Positions 13,841 through 27,091 are shown, numbered from the stretch's first letter. The stretch is DNA of 64,000 bases from Amoeboaphelidium protococcarum X5 (GCA_023515725.1 JALDTO010000192.1:1-64000); one strand, 5' to 3'. The notes: generated by a model not told the origin, from the letters alone. Program-made: numbers and translations.

Positions 13841-16183
13841 ATGTCAACTTTTTAGTATGATAGTACTCTGCCTCAATTACCTGTTCCACCATTGGATCAG
13901 ACTATTGCCAAGTACTTGAAGACTGTGAAGCCATTCTTGAGTGTGAAAGAGTTTGATCGAGTTCAGCAGGTGGCCTAAGATTTTTTGCAGAGCAATATTG
14001 CGTCTATCCTCTAAGGTAGATTGGAAGAACGGTCGAAGCAGGCTGCATAGATTACAGATTGGTAGATTTAGTATTCCTACTTTACCCCCGATGGTAGAGA
14101 TACTGAAGTTTTGCCGAGTCGTTCTGGAGATGATAATGATAGACCGATTCGACCCAGTTGGTTGATTGACTGGTGGAACATGTACTCATACCTCAAGTAT
14201 CGGGAATCTGTGGTTCTGAATGTATCCTTCTTCTTTGTGTTTGATTACAATGCTTTCGATCCTATTACTAGAGCTTCATTGATTTGTTACCATGCTGTCA
14301 AGTTCAAGTAGATGATCATTGACCAGTCGCTCCCTCCTGAAATGGTGAAGACTTATCCTCTGTCTATGGTTTAATATCATTATTTGTATAATGCCTGTCG
14401 CATCCCCAATGAAGGTTAGGATTATGTGGAGGTGTTCGATCCCAAGTAGCACAGATATTTTGCTGTGGCGTACCACGGTTAATATTTCATAGTTGATGAA
14501 GTTAATGCTGACGGATCTGTTTATCAGCCAGAGCAATTTGCTCAAGTTCTAACATCGATAATATCAAACGGCAATTCATCTCAGTCATCTTCAGTGGGAG
14601 CTTTAAGTTCAGGTCACCGCGATGAATGGGCCAAGAATTATACGATTCTGATATCCAAGAAAAGAAGCGAGATTAGAAAGCTCCAAAGCTGCTCTTTTCT
14701 TATTTGTCTTGATTTGGATAGTTGGCCTGTCGATAGAGTGGAATTATCACATTTATGTTGGCACAATTATGGGATTAATAGATGGTTTGATAAGAGCTTG
14801 CAGTTTATTGTATTTGGAAATGGTAGAGCTGGGTTTCTGGGCGAACACAGCATGTTTGATGCTACCACTCCTGCCAGACTGTGTGATTACATCTGTCAGC
14901 AGTCTCTTACGTACATTTAATAGCCACTATAAACGTCTGATGGTGTCAAGCTTCCGTCTGTTTCTCCATTGAATATATAATGTCCTCCTGAGCTATCCAA
15001 AGCTGTTGAAGACTCTGTGCAGTGTTTGAAATAGCACGTCTTAGAGCATGATGTCCAAGTACTTAATTATTAAAGATATGGGAAGGGGTTTGTAAAAAAG
15101 TTGCTCATGTCACCTGATTCCTTCTTATAGATGGCAATATAATATGCATACTTCTTGATGTACAGCTCAAATTGTGCCACTTATGAAAGTGCTGGAATGA
15201 AAAAGTTCTAATGGGGTAGAACGGAGACGTGCAGAAGTGTCACGACAGAATCTGTTGAATTTTGTCAGGCTTTTTCGGATAATAATGTTTCTTACTCCAA
15301 GAAGGCTATGTTATTTAGAGACGCTGTGTAGACGCATTCAAAGTACATGGTGGATTGTCTCTTGGGCCATGGTATAGATCGACATTTCCTTGGTCTGCGG
15401 TTGTCATTGAAAGAGAACGAAGCCATGCCAGCCTTCTTTCTCGATCCTGTTTATAATCTATCCTGTCATTGGACATTGTCTACATCGCAGATACCATCGG
15501 ATTACTTTGAAGGATATGGCTGGGGAGAGGTTGTGCCTGATGGATACGGTGTTGCGTATATGGTACGGGAGGATCGATTCATGTTTAATATTGCTGGTCT
15601 TGTGGGCGATGTAGTTCCTGATTTCGAGACTGTATCCGCTCATTAGAGTCAGTATTTCATTGACAATTATAAAAATATGCGCGTCAAGTGGTTCAAATCC
15701 TGTCTGGCATAGTCTTTAGATTACATTTACGATCTGTTTGAGAAGCAAGAGGCTCGAGATTTGATACCTGCGAAATCATCTGTAGCGCCAATTTGCCCAT
15801 TGAAGCCAAAGAGTGAAGAGAAGGATGAAGGGCGAAAGCAGGCTATACCTGTTACACATGCCAAATCCGAAGATTCTATTAAAAGAGTTGAACGTGCATC
15901 GAGTATACACTCGGTAAACTCTATTCCGCGCAATATTGGCCTCTCTCTAGCTTATCCAAAAAGAGCTCATGCTAAAGATTTATACAGCGTCGAGCCGACT
16001 GGAATCTTAAGTGATGATCTTGGCCTGATTGATTTCGAAATTGAATGGGGAGTTAGCTACGGTGCGCAGTCTGCTGATAGTAACAGTAGTGCTAAAGACA
16101 GTAATAGTAGGCCGGCTGGGAAAAGGCTCGTCAAGTTGTTCAAATCATTAATGTCTCAATCTGATGGTAATGATTAATTGTGA
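13841..16183 (+). CDS. Carnitine O-acetyl/acyltransferase, about 780 aa
   Basis: LPQLPVPPLDQT; NRWFDKSLQF; GEHSMFDAT (catalytic His); TYESA; GRTETCRS; GHGIDRHFLGL; LSTSQ; GWGEVVPDGYGVAY; TGA 16181-16183. Confidence 0.92.
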
Positions 16184-16364
16184 TACCTCAGTCTGAATAG
16201 ATGGTACCTTGTACGCTTATTATTTCGTGTTACTCTCTTGTTATTAAGACTTAAAGATAGGTAAGTGATAGCATGTTAGAGACTATAATATTAATCAACC
16301 GTAATTTATTACCATCAAATAATCCATCTTCATCTTGAAGAACGTTTTCAAGTAGATACACTTT

Positions 16365-17500
16365 TCACACGCCGCTTGGCTTTTCAGCAGACTCTTTACT
16401 GACTGGACTAGGCGCAGACTCCTTCTTCAATTGCGCCATCCAAGTAGGATCCTTGTTAATGGCTGTTTGATCATCCTTCTTACCAATGCCAGTTGCCTCG
16501 ATAATTTTCTGCTCAAGAACCTTTTTCATCCAATCCGGATCGTTGCCAACTTGCGCACCTGTTGTGGTGGCTGAACTTCCAGAGAGAGGCAGAGCTGTGG
16601 CCGGAGCAGAGTTGGGCTGCCCTCCACGCGCGGCACCAGTAACACCCATCTGAATCTAACCTGGTTATTGTTAAAGACGTCTAGTAGAAGTGGATCTTGT
16701 CAATCCACCTCCCGCTCCATCATTTCTTCTCATCGAAGTGCTTCTGGTCAATCCCGCCGGAGTGATAACCGTCTAAGAAGCAGGCATAACATTGACACCG
16801 GTCTTAACCGCCGCTGCCGATGATGAGCTCAACGACGGGCGACCTGCAGCGACAGGCACAGAAGCAGCTGCAAGTTGAGCTTAAATCGCAGCAGATGCAA
16901 TCGCTTAGGCTTAAGGAGAAGTCTCGGCTTTGATTTGACTTGGAACTTGTTGCTGTTCAGTTGAAGCTTATTTAACAGCGGCAGGTGAGCTATCTTAAGA
17001 GACTTTGTCCCCAGCGACACTCTGTGCAGTGACAGCCTTCTCATCTGGTACAGTTACACTCTAAACCAAGCTCTTTTAAGCAACGACATCCACCAACTTG
17101 ATCAGGCGAACGACACTTCCATCAATAACAAAATTGTTATTAGAGACTGAAGATTTGACATTTACATCTGCAGGTGGAGCAGCATCATTCTACTTTCTAT
17201 AGCTCTCGGGAACTTGAAATTTCCAAAAATACAAATTAATAAAGCCCTTCTTAAATGCAGACAAATCAATGACATTCGCACTAGTACTATTAGCAAAGAG
17301 CATATACTCAAAGCATTATTAAAAGCGGGCACCGTCAACATCCATATCAGCCAATAGCTAACAAAACTCTCCCACATTCAAATGACCTTTCGCTCCACTG
17401 TCATATTCTTTAAAAGTCTTTTCAATCATCGACTACACCCAAATTATCTCGCATACACCATCGCTAAATCAAAACAATATTAAAATCTTACACTGCTCAT
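16365..17500 (-). CDS. Protein with N-terminal EF-hand-like pair and Q/A/S-rich low-complexity C-terminus, about 358 aa; probable intron 17433-17491
   Basis: FKEYDSGAKGHLNVGEF loop; frame open from ATG 17429 to TGA 16365-16367; the upstream micro-exon ATG AGC AGT plus a GTAAGA...TGTAG intron is inferred. Confidence 0.65.
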
Positions 17501-17748
17501 GGCTTGACTGATTTTATTCAACAGATTGCTTAAATTAAGAATGACTAACCAAGTTTTAATACAAAGTGCAACAAAACTTGAAACAACGAGACTTTATTCT
17601 CCAGCGATTCAAACGGAGAAACGATTTCGAAATGTGTTGGATCTTTGATGAAATAGCTCATTACGTTTCGCGCCCAAGAGATATAAAGACTGTCTAACTG
17701 GAACACATTGAGTAGAAAAATACTGATACAATTATTAATATAAAAAGT

Positions 17749-18201
17749 ATGGTGCTGAGAAAGAGAGTAAAGACGCCTGCACTGAAATTGTACGCCAAAA
17801 TTCTGAGATTGCACCTCCAACTTCCACCTGCCATGAAGTATCTGGGTGATCAGTATGCAAAGGATGAGTTTAGGCGACATATAGAATGTGATCCAGCGTT
17901 CGTACCTCCATTTCTAAATGAATGGTCTAATTATGCGCGCACATTAGAGTAATAATTACGCTTATCTTAAAATGCCAATATTAATAAAAATAACGGACAA
18001 GAGTCATTTAATAGTACACTTGGAAAGAGCATTGGTGCGAGATTGAGTTCCTTCTCGGACGAGCAACTTGGTCAATTGAATGTTCTTAAACAAGAAGCTC
18101 AGCTGCTGAGGAAGCCAAGTGATGATGAAGTCTCGGATGAATCTGACAGTTTAGATGATTACTTGAATACGTCTAACAGTGATAAAAAATTTAAAAAGTG
18201 A
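17749..18201 (+). CDS. SDHAF3: Succinate dehydrogenase assembly factor 3 (Sdh7/ACN9, LYR family), 150 aa
   Basis: LYAKILRLH, LGDQYAKDEFRRH, FLNEWSNY, SDEQLGQL; TGA 18199-18201. Confidence 0.9.
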
Positions 18202-18592
18202 GTTGAATATTACTACTGTATCGAATGGATTTAGATGATTGCGAAAGTTAATCGTATTATTTGCCATCGTTGATAATTTTGATCTAATGATGATACTTCA
18301 TATATTTTTCTCTGCTCAACTATATTCAAATACTGGAAGACGGCTTTTACTGGTAGTATACAATCTTTTTTTGTAATCATTATCGCTATGAGTACTCAGT
18401 ACAATGCCTGAACATGTATTTAGCTCTGTTGATCGCGCCCCCTTTGCTTTCCCTTTCAGAGGTGACTTCTGTTTAGTCGCCGTCATTCTCTCTCTCCGCT
18501 GGAAAAGAAAGTCTAATTTCATTCAAATTTGAAACTTTGTAAAAGTTTAGAGTTATTATTGAGGGAAGGACTATTTTTTAATTTTAGTATTA

Positions 18593-20551
18593 ATGGGCGA
18601 GTAAGAAATGACTGGATAATTTCAGCATTTGGTAAAGAAGCTTCATTAGCTGTTCTTCATTGACAGTTCCGCAGCACAGTCAGAGTCTGCGACGAAAAAT
18701 CATGAGCATACTTAGAATGTTATTTACGATGGTAAATCTAGTTGGAAGTCGCTGTTCTAATTCATTGGTCCGTCTTATATGATTGCTGTGGGATATATGG
18801 ATCCGGGTAATTGGTCAACTGATATTAGTGCTGGTGCCAAATTTGGCTATACTCATCTATGCATCGTTCTTCTGACATCTCTAATGGCGATGCTGTTCCA
18901 ATCACATTGCGTCCTGTTGGGAGTTGTGACAAGGCGTGATTTGGCTTAGCAGTGCAAGTTGGTGTTTAATCGGCCTGTTAATATTGTTCTATATATGCTT
19001 ACAGAGATTGCCATCATGGCTACTGATCTGGCGGAAGTCATTGGTAGTGCCATTGCGTTGAATCTTTTATTTGGATTACCACTCGAATGGGGAGTTCTTA
19101 TCACAGCTCTAGATGTTCTTTTAATTCTTCGCTGGTGGGGATCATAGTATTAACGAATATATGAAGGAGTTATTTTCGTGCTTGTCCTTGTTGTGGGCAT
19201 TTGTTTTATGGCATAGTTGTTTTATACTAAACCTGACTTTATATCCGTACTAACAGGCTTTAATCCTTTGAATATTTTATAAATGTTCACTCAGACTGAA
19301 CGTCTTTTAATTGCTATCGGAATAATGGGAGCCACAGTTATGCCTCATAATTTATACTTGCACTCGTCAATATGCTAGAATAAACATTTGGTTCACGAAG
19401 ATTCTATAAGTGGTGATGGTGATGACGAATAGATTATATATGGCGTGGATGACATTGAGCTAGATGTGCAGACTTCAGTTAATGAGACGAATCCTTCTCC
19501 GACGAGAAGTACCTTTTAAGACTCAGTGCGACTCACTTTGAGATATGCAACATTTGACATGGTGGTTGCCCTCATATTTGCGTTTATAGTTAATGCCACC
19601 ATTCTCGTAGTCGGAGCATCTGCCTTTTATTCTAATTCCGATGTTCGGAGTGATCCATCGCAGGTTGCTGAACTTTAAGATGCTCACGCTAGTTTGTAAA
19701 AATACATTGGAAGTGGTGCAGCGGCCTTGTTCGCTATTGCTCTTCTAGCCAGCGGTCAAAGTAGTACAATAACTGGTACAATTGCCGGTCAGGTGGTGAT
19801 GAATGGATTTCTGAATCTGAGATTGAAGCCTGTGATAAGGCGATTATTTACTAGAGTGTGCGCTATACTACCTGCTCTCATAACTGTGCTTCTATACGGA
19901 TAGAATGGACTGAATCGACTCTTGGTGATATCTCAGGTGATATTGAGTTGTCAGCTACCATTTGCTCTCATTCCCCTTAATCTCTTTGTTAGCAGTAAGG
20001 AAATTATGGGTGGTGGTCGTTCATTGCGGTTAAGTAGCAGATTTAGCTGGCTATTTAGAATATTAGCAAAGAGTGAACAATATCAAAATCTAGAACAAGA
20101 TAATAATCCTCATACACTGTCTAATAATCAAGAATATGCCGTATCCGGTTGCATGCTCTATCTCTCATGGGTTGTCACTGCTATAGTCGTTATTGTCAAC
20201 ATGTGTCTCGTAATTTCTGCCATTTTCATTTAATAATAATAATAATATTTCCTCTAATGGTCTTTTCGTAACATTTTATTCTACTTCACTTTACACGTTA
20301 TACTTCTCGAATAGTTGGAGCGGCTTGCGATAAGGTTCAACTTAAGCTTTGATTGGTCGAGTGGCGACTTCTACTGTTTCAGCCTCGTCTTTACTTTGCA
20401 AAGCGCTCTATTGATCGCCTATTGGCCCGTCTAATATTACATCACGGTCATTACGTTGTAGTGTACAATTTTGGTCATATTCCGTTCGCTCACTATAATT
20501 TTGTCATAAGAAGAGATTCTAAAGTGGAATAATGAGCGGAAATCAATCTGA
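18593..20551 (+). CDS. NRAMP (SMF-like) divalent metal transporter; homology ends near 20230 and the true stop is uncertain
   Basis: [56 protein letters not shown]; the last TM is followed by (TAA)5 and the first in-frame TGA is at 20549-20551. Confidence 0.85.
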
Positions 20552-21830
20552 ATAGAATTTGAATAATTCAAACAGTTTTGAACATTTCATCAATGTGGGT
20601 AGTAGTGCAGTTGAGTAATCTCCGCCTTCGCAGCGTCGCAAGAGTCCTGCCATGGTTTCATTCTCTGAGGATGCGCTGAGTCCTGAGAGTGGTCAGTCGA
20701 GTGGTGCTAAACAGAATAAGTCCGGGTCGTCTAAGAGTGGTAACAAGAAGCAGAATAGTGCCAAGGACCTGCTGAAGAAGCCATTCAGTTTCGTCAATGC
20801 CGTGACTGAGGTGACCGGTGTCAATTCTGTGATGAGAACAACGCGTGGTGTGCTGAGTGATGTCACTAATGCCGCCTTGAATACTTTCATTGGCGGATCA
20901 GCATCTGACACTGACGTCTAATCTGTGCAGCAGGCTCGCAAGTTGGCTAATGACATATTTAATGCTTTACTTGAGCCTGGAAAGTCGGAGGTGACAATTG
21001 ATAATTTCGTCCCGTATTTTCCATCTCCAGATGAAGCACGCAAGGCTTTCAGACTATTTGACACTAATGGGAACGGTGATATCGAGAGGGAGGAGATGAA
21101 GACTGCGATTGAACAGTTTTTAAATGAGAAGAAGGCTATTGAGACTGGTGTTGCAGATTTGGGAACTGTAGTTGGCCGTTTGGATAGTTTTCTGCTGGTG
21201 ATTACGTTTATTGTGGTGCTGTTCATATGGCTGAGCGTGTTTGGTGTTGCGCTCACTCAGTATCTGTTGACTTTTGGTTCCCTCATCATCCTGTCCGGTG
21301 TTGTGATTGGTAACAGTGCCAAGACCGTGGTGGAGAATATCCTCTTCCTATTCGTGTTGCACCCATTTGATGTAGGTGACAAGATTGTTGTTGATGGAGA
21401 GTTGTATACTGTCAAGAATATCGCCCTTAACAGTACCACCCTGGTTCATGTTGAAGGTAAATTAGCCAAAATTCCGAATGCCATCCTTCAAACTAAGGTT
21501 ATCTATAACTACAGAAGAAGTCCAAATTAGTCTGAGACATTCACTTTATATGCAGAATCTGACAAGGTGGACAAATTGATAGCGCAGTTGGAGGATGAGG
21601 TGACTAAATTTGTTAGAAGGAACGCCAGAGATTATCTGCCCACCGTATCTGTTCATCTAGACAATAACAATGGATTCGCTGATGGAAAGTTGAAGGTTCT
21701 ATTGCGAATTAATTATAAGGGAAACTTTTAGGATATTGATGTTACTCGAAAGCGTCACAACAAGGCAGTGATGGCTTTACGTGAAATTTTGAGTTCTTCA
21801 GCTCTGAAAGATCAAGTCAAGACTGGATGA
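20532..21830 (+). CDS. MscS-like mechanosensitive channel, C-terminal half (EF-hand plus MscS core), 432 aa
   Basis: ARKLANDIF; EF-hand FDTNGNGDIEREE; FLFVLHPFDVGDKIVVDG; IPNAILQTKVIYNYRRS; TGA 21828-21830. Confidence 0.9.
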
Positions 21831-21937
21831 TTATCAATGACATAAATTTACTACATATTTAAAGATTAAATTAAAGTATCTTTGTGTCAATCTCCTATGA
21901 ACGATTATTATTATATTGTTACAGAAACACTTCATTT

Positions 21938-22951
21938 TCATTATGAAGTTCTTCTCTCTCTGCCAGCCTGATTTAGGTACTTCAATTCCATAGACTCTTC
22001 CTGTGGTGATAAGTTTTGAGCAGCGCGTTAATCATTAGCCTGAGTATTCGCGCTACCTCTGATCGCTGGCGTAGGTACGTATGTCCAGAACGGCTTAATT
22101 TAAGTAGGTGAACTATTTTCACTGTTTCCACCCTGTCTACCTTGCTTTCTGCGCTTACGAACAGCAACGTACAATCTCTCCACGACATAGTCGGAGAACT
22201 TGGCTTTAACGATACGCTCAGTATAAGCAGTTCTATGGAATCCCACGGCTATGGACTAGAGTAGAAACTTCTCAATAGCCAATGCCACAAGACCAATGAT
22301 CAGACAGTTCAAAACGCTAGCCAGAGTTCCTTTATAATCGTCACGAGATCCTCTAATGATCAAGACTTCCATAATAGCATTCAACACTACACTGGCAATA
22401 ACCAGAGCCAGATAGTGTCGTAGCACTTAAAAGTACTCAAGTCGAGGCTTGGCCAACTGAGCGTAGTACTTACCCAACAGCAAGTCAATCAACCGCAACA
22501 CAATGACAGGTACAGTCAACCATAACCACGACGATAGAAAGTACGCTGCCCAGGTACATGTCAGAGTGATGAACCAGAACATCATTGGTCTCCCACCAAT
22601 GTTCGCATTTGACTAAAGGTCCAGAAAAGCTACACTTTTGTCATCGATCAGGAATAGATAGTCACATACGGCTGGGATCATCAGAATGACACCGCCAAAC
22701 ACAACATAAACCAGAGTGCGCGCCAAAGGAGGCCAGTTGTTGAACCAGTTGAGAAATCTCAGGAATCTAGGCAACTTCAGACCTTCTTCGCCATCATCCT
22801 GAGACATTGCAGATTCATACATGTCATTCCCAACTTCATCGTATGCAGATTGGTCCAACTTTGTAGATTATTATTATTACTATTGCTACTACTACTGTTG
22901 ATTTAACTGATTGAGATTATCTCCAGATTCTTTCGCCTTCACTCGGGACAT
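21938..22951 (-). CDS. MscS-like (Msy1/Msy2-type) channel, N-terminal multi-TM half, 337 aa
   Basis: Several TM helices ending in AIEKFLLQSIAVGFHRTAYTERI, the motif that precedes the linker/EF-hand in fungal and plant MscS-like proteins; polyQ N-terminus; TGA 21938-21940. Confidence 0.8.
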
Positions 22952-23347
22952 TCTTCAATATAATTAACGAGCTTAAAACCGCGTTTAATATTATATGATT
23001 ATGAATGTTAATCTATATATAACAACTTTAAATTGAAGGAATTCAGGAACTTACGTATTGGGCTCTAGCTAAAGAAATCGACGAGATTTCAAGTTGAAAC
23101 GCGCTCGGTCGGTGCGCCACTTTGGAATGGGCGAAGAGAGAAAAGCCTCTCTACAACAGGGAACTTTTATGCGCGTGGACATTCGTATAGCACTGTCTTA
23201 CCAAGTGTCTACATGAGTGCCATTTTATAAACAATGTACAAAATAAGAGAATCGTTTATACTGCACAAGAGAATAACACATTCAAGAATGGGAATTAAAA
23301 TGAATGGACAATTCTGAGAATGTATATATCAATGTCAGCATATGAAC

Positions 23348-24016
23348 TCACATCAACTTCTTGGTCTGGAAAAAGTTTCTCAAATACCAAAGCTGCCAGA
23401 TACCACTACTAACCAGAATGAGTGTGTTAACGACACTAAACCACTTTACGCGATTATTCGTCGACTCGTTGGTGTCTCTCATCAGAGCCTCGCGCCCTTT
23501 CAAGTACTCCATTTCATTCACGATGGTCTACATGGCATCTTACAGGTATTTTAGCTCAGCCTCCAACGGTTTCAACTTATTAATAGTATCAGAAGGATGC
23601 GTATACTATTCAGCCTCCAGTCCAGTTTTAGTCGTGAAAGAGATGGTTCTAAAATAAGATGGCTGAGGCGCAATACCAGGTGCAAGATTGTTAATGAAGC
23701 AGAGCATGTAATCTGCATACTCATGGGTGGTAAAACTGAACTTGTACTCCTGACTACCAATAGCATCTTTCTTACTGTACAGAACACTACCCGCGGCATC
23801 TGTGAATTCAACATTCAGCGACTAGTACTGACCAGGAGTTGACGTGAATGAGCCAGTTACCAGAACGTCTTTAGCCATGTACATTGAGAAGCACCGTTCA
23901 TTAGTGATGCCACCTTCAGGCAATGCCATCAAGTCAAACGTTATGCCTTTAACTAGTGTCACCAAAGATATTAAAGCTACGCATAGCAATTAAAGCGACA
24001 TTGTTTAAAAGTACAT
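23348..24016 (-). CDS. ERV25: p24/emp24/gp25L cargo receptor, Erv25/TMED10-like, about 222 aa
   Basis: Signal peptide; GOLD-domain Cys pair; MRDTNESTNNRV; C-terminus WQLWYLRNFFQTKKLM; TGA 23348-23350. Confidence 0.88.
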
Positions 24017-24479
24017 GATCTTTATCAGAATTAACCAGGTGTATCTATATAAAGAGAGACGATAACTGATTTCTACGGCGAACGTCGTCGTAGGAAAAGT
24101 CGGATATCATTCCGCTTGAAAACGCGTTCTTTAATTTCCATCCGTGTTGTTCATTGCATTGACGAGATCATTTTAAATGATCCGAGCGAGTACCGATTCC
24201 CTTCAGTCGATTATGCTGAAACTATCACAGTAGAACGCGTCCCTAACAGACATTTTATAAATGTTTGATTTTTCTTATTTGATAAATGTCCTATATAAAC
24301 TATCATTCGACAAAGAGTTCATTCTCTTCACCAAGAGATCGACAGACCACCACTGTTTCTCTTGTTTCAGAATTCTTTTCTCATTCATTCAGCGCTTCTT
24401 TTATTGCAATTCTTCGTAACTCTGACTGCACTGAACACATATTGTATTAAACTCATTTAAAAAATATTATCTTAATAGA

Positions 24480-26039
24480 ATGGAGGTTGTGGATAAGGAA
24501 GTTGATAAAGTACTTAAGAAGCATAAGTAATTTCACAAGAACTGTGTTGAAGAGGTGGACAGTTTGATTGCGTCATTTAATCAGGCACGCAATCAACCGG
24601 CATAAGTTGCATCCTAGACAACCAAGGCAGTGAAGGATATTGCGGCCAATATAACCAACCATCAGAAGGATTATTATGGTAGTTTATCAAAGTTGCAGAA
24701 AGCTGTGGACAAGAAATTTAGCTCTAATGATCTTGATGCTGCTTTTAGATCCGAGTTATTCCCAGCTGGTAATAAGTTTATTGACTATGCAGTGTCTCTA
24801 CATATGGTCAGAGAAGGACTCTTTGATATATGTCAGGTGTTAAATAACGACATGCTTAGAGATACGGAAGGCGGTGCGGTGGATGACCGGTTGCTGACTG
24901 AGCAGGAGACTATCAGGGTGCAGTTTGGAAAGCTGTACAGCATCATTGAAAGTATGGAGAAGGGAGATTTGCAGAGTGCGATTCAATGGGCTTATGAACA
25001 TTAAGATTAGTTGGATTAGAAAGGCAGCGGATTGGAGTTTTAGCTGCGCAGAATGCAATTTCTACTATATCTCTCTGGTGCCAACACTCAAGCTTATAAT
25101 TAATCAAAATTCATGGATGCTGATGGAAACTAGTTCTTGATGGCTTTGAAGTACGCCTAAAAAGATCTTGGTGGTTATGGTCTGTAGTATGGCAAGGAAA
25201 TTGGAAAATTAATGGGCGCAGTGGCTGTGTCTTACAGCATGCAATACTTTGTCAATAGTGGAAATGCGAGTCCCCTTACTAAGATCAAGAATCCATACAA
25301 CTTTCTATTGACATCACCTGCTGTAGCTATAGATGGTAAGAATCCAAAATCTGCTCATATTGCATCAAAACTTGAGAATTTAAAGATTAGCTTTGTGCGC
25401 GACTTTTGCTCCCTCATTGGAATGTCTCAGGAATCTCCGCTATTTAATGTTGTGGATGTTGGTGTCAATTCAATCCCTATTCTGGTGAAACTAAGAACTG
25501 TCATTGATGAGGGAATGAAGTCGAGTAAGAAGAAGCGGGACGACTAGCAAAATGCAAGCACATCAGCTGTAGATGACGGAGAGGATAATGGTCAGTTGTG
25601 GACTACGGTGAGTGAAGTCCTGCCTGTTGAGCTGCCGTTGCCTAAATCCAAGAGATATCATTCCGTGTTCGCCTGTCCAGTGTCTCGTGAGCAGACCAGT
25701 GACTTGAATCCTCCAATGATGCTACCGTGTGGACACGTTCTCTCCCTAGATAGTCTCGTAAGAGTTGCGATGAAAGGACGGACAGGTGCTCAGATTCCAG
25801 CATAAACCACTACATCTGCAACTCCTCTTTCAGCAGGCGCGGCGGGTACAAGCGATAGTACTAACAACTAATAGCCAGGTGATCTAGTAGTGACTGAAGG
25901 TGAGAATGAGATTCAACTAAGAATGAGAAGGGAACGAGAACGTGATTTATTCGCAGGTGTCAACATTAATGCTAAATTGAAGTGCCCTTATTGTCCGCAA
26001 GAGTGCACAGTTGGACAGGGATTACGCGTCTACTTTTGA
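24480..26039 (+). CDS. RMND5: GID/CTLH E3 ligase RING subunit RMND5/Gid2, 519 aa
   Basis: LisH/CTLH region; YHSVFACPVSREQ...NPPMMLPCGHVL...KCPYCP; TGA 26037-26039. Confidence 0.9.
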
Positions 26040-26133
26040 TGATATCGCGTATGCTTTGTTTTTGTTGGAGATTCTGAATGATAGTAGCGCGAGAGAGATT
26101 ATAAATATTCAAAACTTCCGCAGTTTATTATCA

Positions 26134-26743
26134 TCAGCTCTTCACTTTAACAATTTTGGTTCTGATCTCTGTGATTTCCACCGGACAATTACCAGTCTCG
26201 TCATAATCTGCAAAGTCTTCGCTCAAATCCACATTATCAAATACATGACCAGACTCGCAGGTGACTTTGAATCCTTCTGTAAGATGCCAATCTTTAATTT
26301 CCATGTTTCTGCACTCTGCTGATGCTAAAGTCTTGAATGAGGCCTGTTCAGCATCTTCATTCAAGTACACTTGAGTCTTATCTAGGAAATCTACACTATC
26401 ATACTTTTCATCATTATAGGTGAAATTCAAGATCAATATTTAAACGAATAAATCCGACTTAAGTTCATCAACTGAGAACAAAATTTGCACTTCATAACTA
26501 AATTAGCTTCGCCCTTCGAATTAGGGATTGCAACGGTATCATTGCGATTCACTCCTACTTGACTTGAATGGACCTCGCGACATGATGTGCATTAGATCTA
26601 CATTAGGTGATACTAGATTGATGTTTTCCTGAACTGTTAAGAGGATTTGATATTACACTTAACATAAACTCAAAGTCATCGGGAACCTCTATGCTCTTAA
26701 CGCAATCAAATCGCGCTGATAATTATAGACCAAGTACGACCAT
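26134..26743 (-). CDS. CXXC zinc-binding protein (DUF866/C1orf123-like), 160 aa; introns 26598-26656 and 26391-26458
   Basis: CTSCREVH, SKGEANLVMKCKFC, ECRNMEI, DFADYDE; both GT...TGTAG introns are needed to keep the frame; TGA 26134-26136. Confidence 0.88.
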
Positions 26744-27020
26744 TATTTTATATCACGAAATTATTTTTTTTTAATTGAAGGAAAGCAAGTGTGTGATTTA
26801 AACTCTCCTTTGGTAAAAGAGCAATCGGGCATGAAATAGTTGAGTGTGAAGAAGAATGTGGGGGAGATAGAAACGAACACGATAACAACCACGGTACGAA
26901 ACGATGGTATCTCACAGGAGCATCAAGGAAAATCACATGTATCAACAATGAAAGGGGTGAAGAAGTATGATTGCAAGAACGCAGGATGAATACTGGGGTA
27001 CCTTACTACTCTTAAGCCAA

Positions 27021-27091
27021 ATGTCGCTACAAAATTGTCGCTAACACGATCAAACGAATGTCGCTGACAATGTTGTTGACAATGTCGCTAC
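27021..27091. repeat. Array of 4-5 (A/T)TGTCGCT motifs, candidate transposase-binding subterminal repeats
   Basis: atgtcgctac, ttgtcgctaac, atgtcgctgac, (atgttgttgac), atgtcgctac. Confidence 0.7.

Noticed and set aside
15688-15705. tRNA T-arm-like GGTTCAAATCC
   Set aside because: Lies inside the acyltransferase CDS with no cloverleaf around it; no tRNA, rRNA or CRISPR array was recognised in the window.
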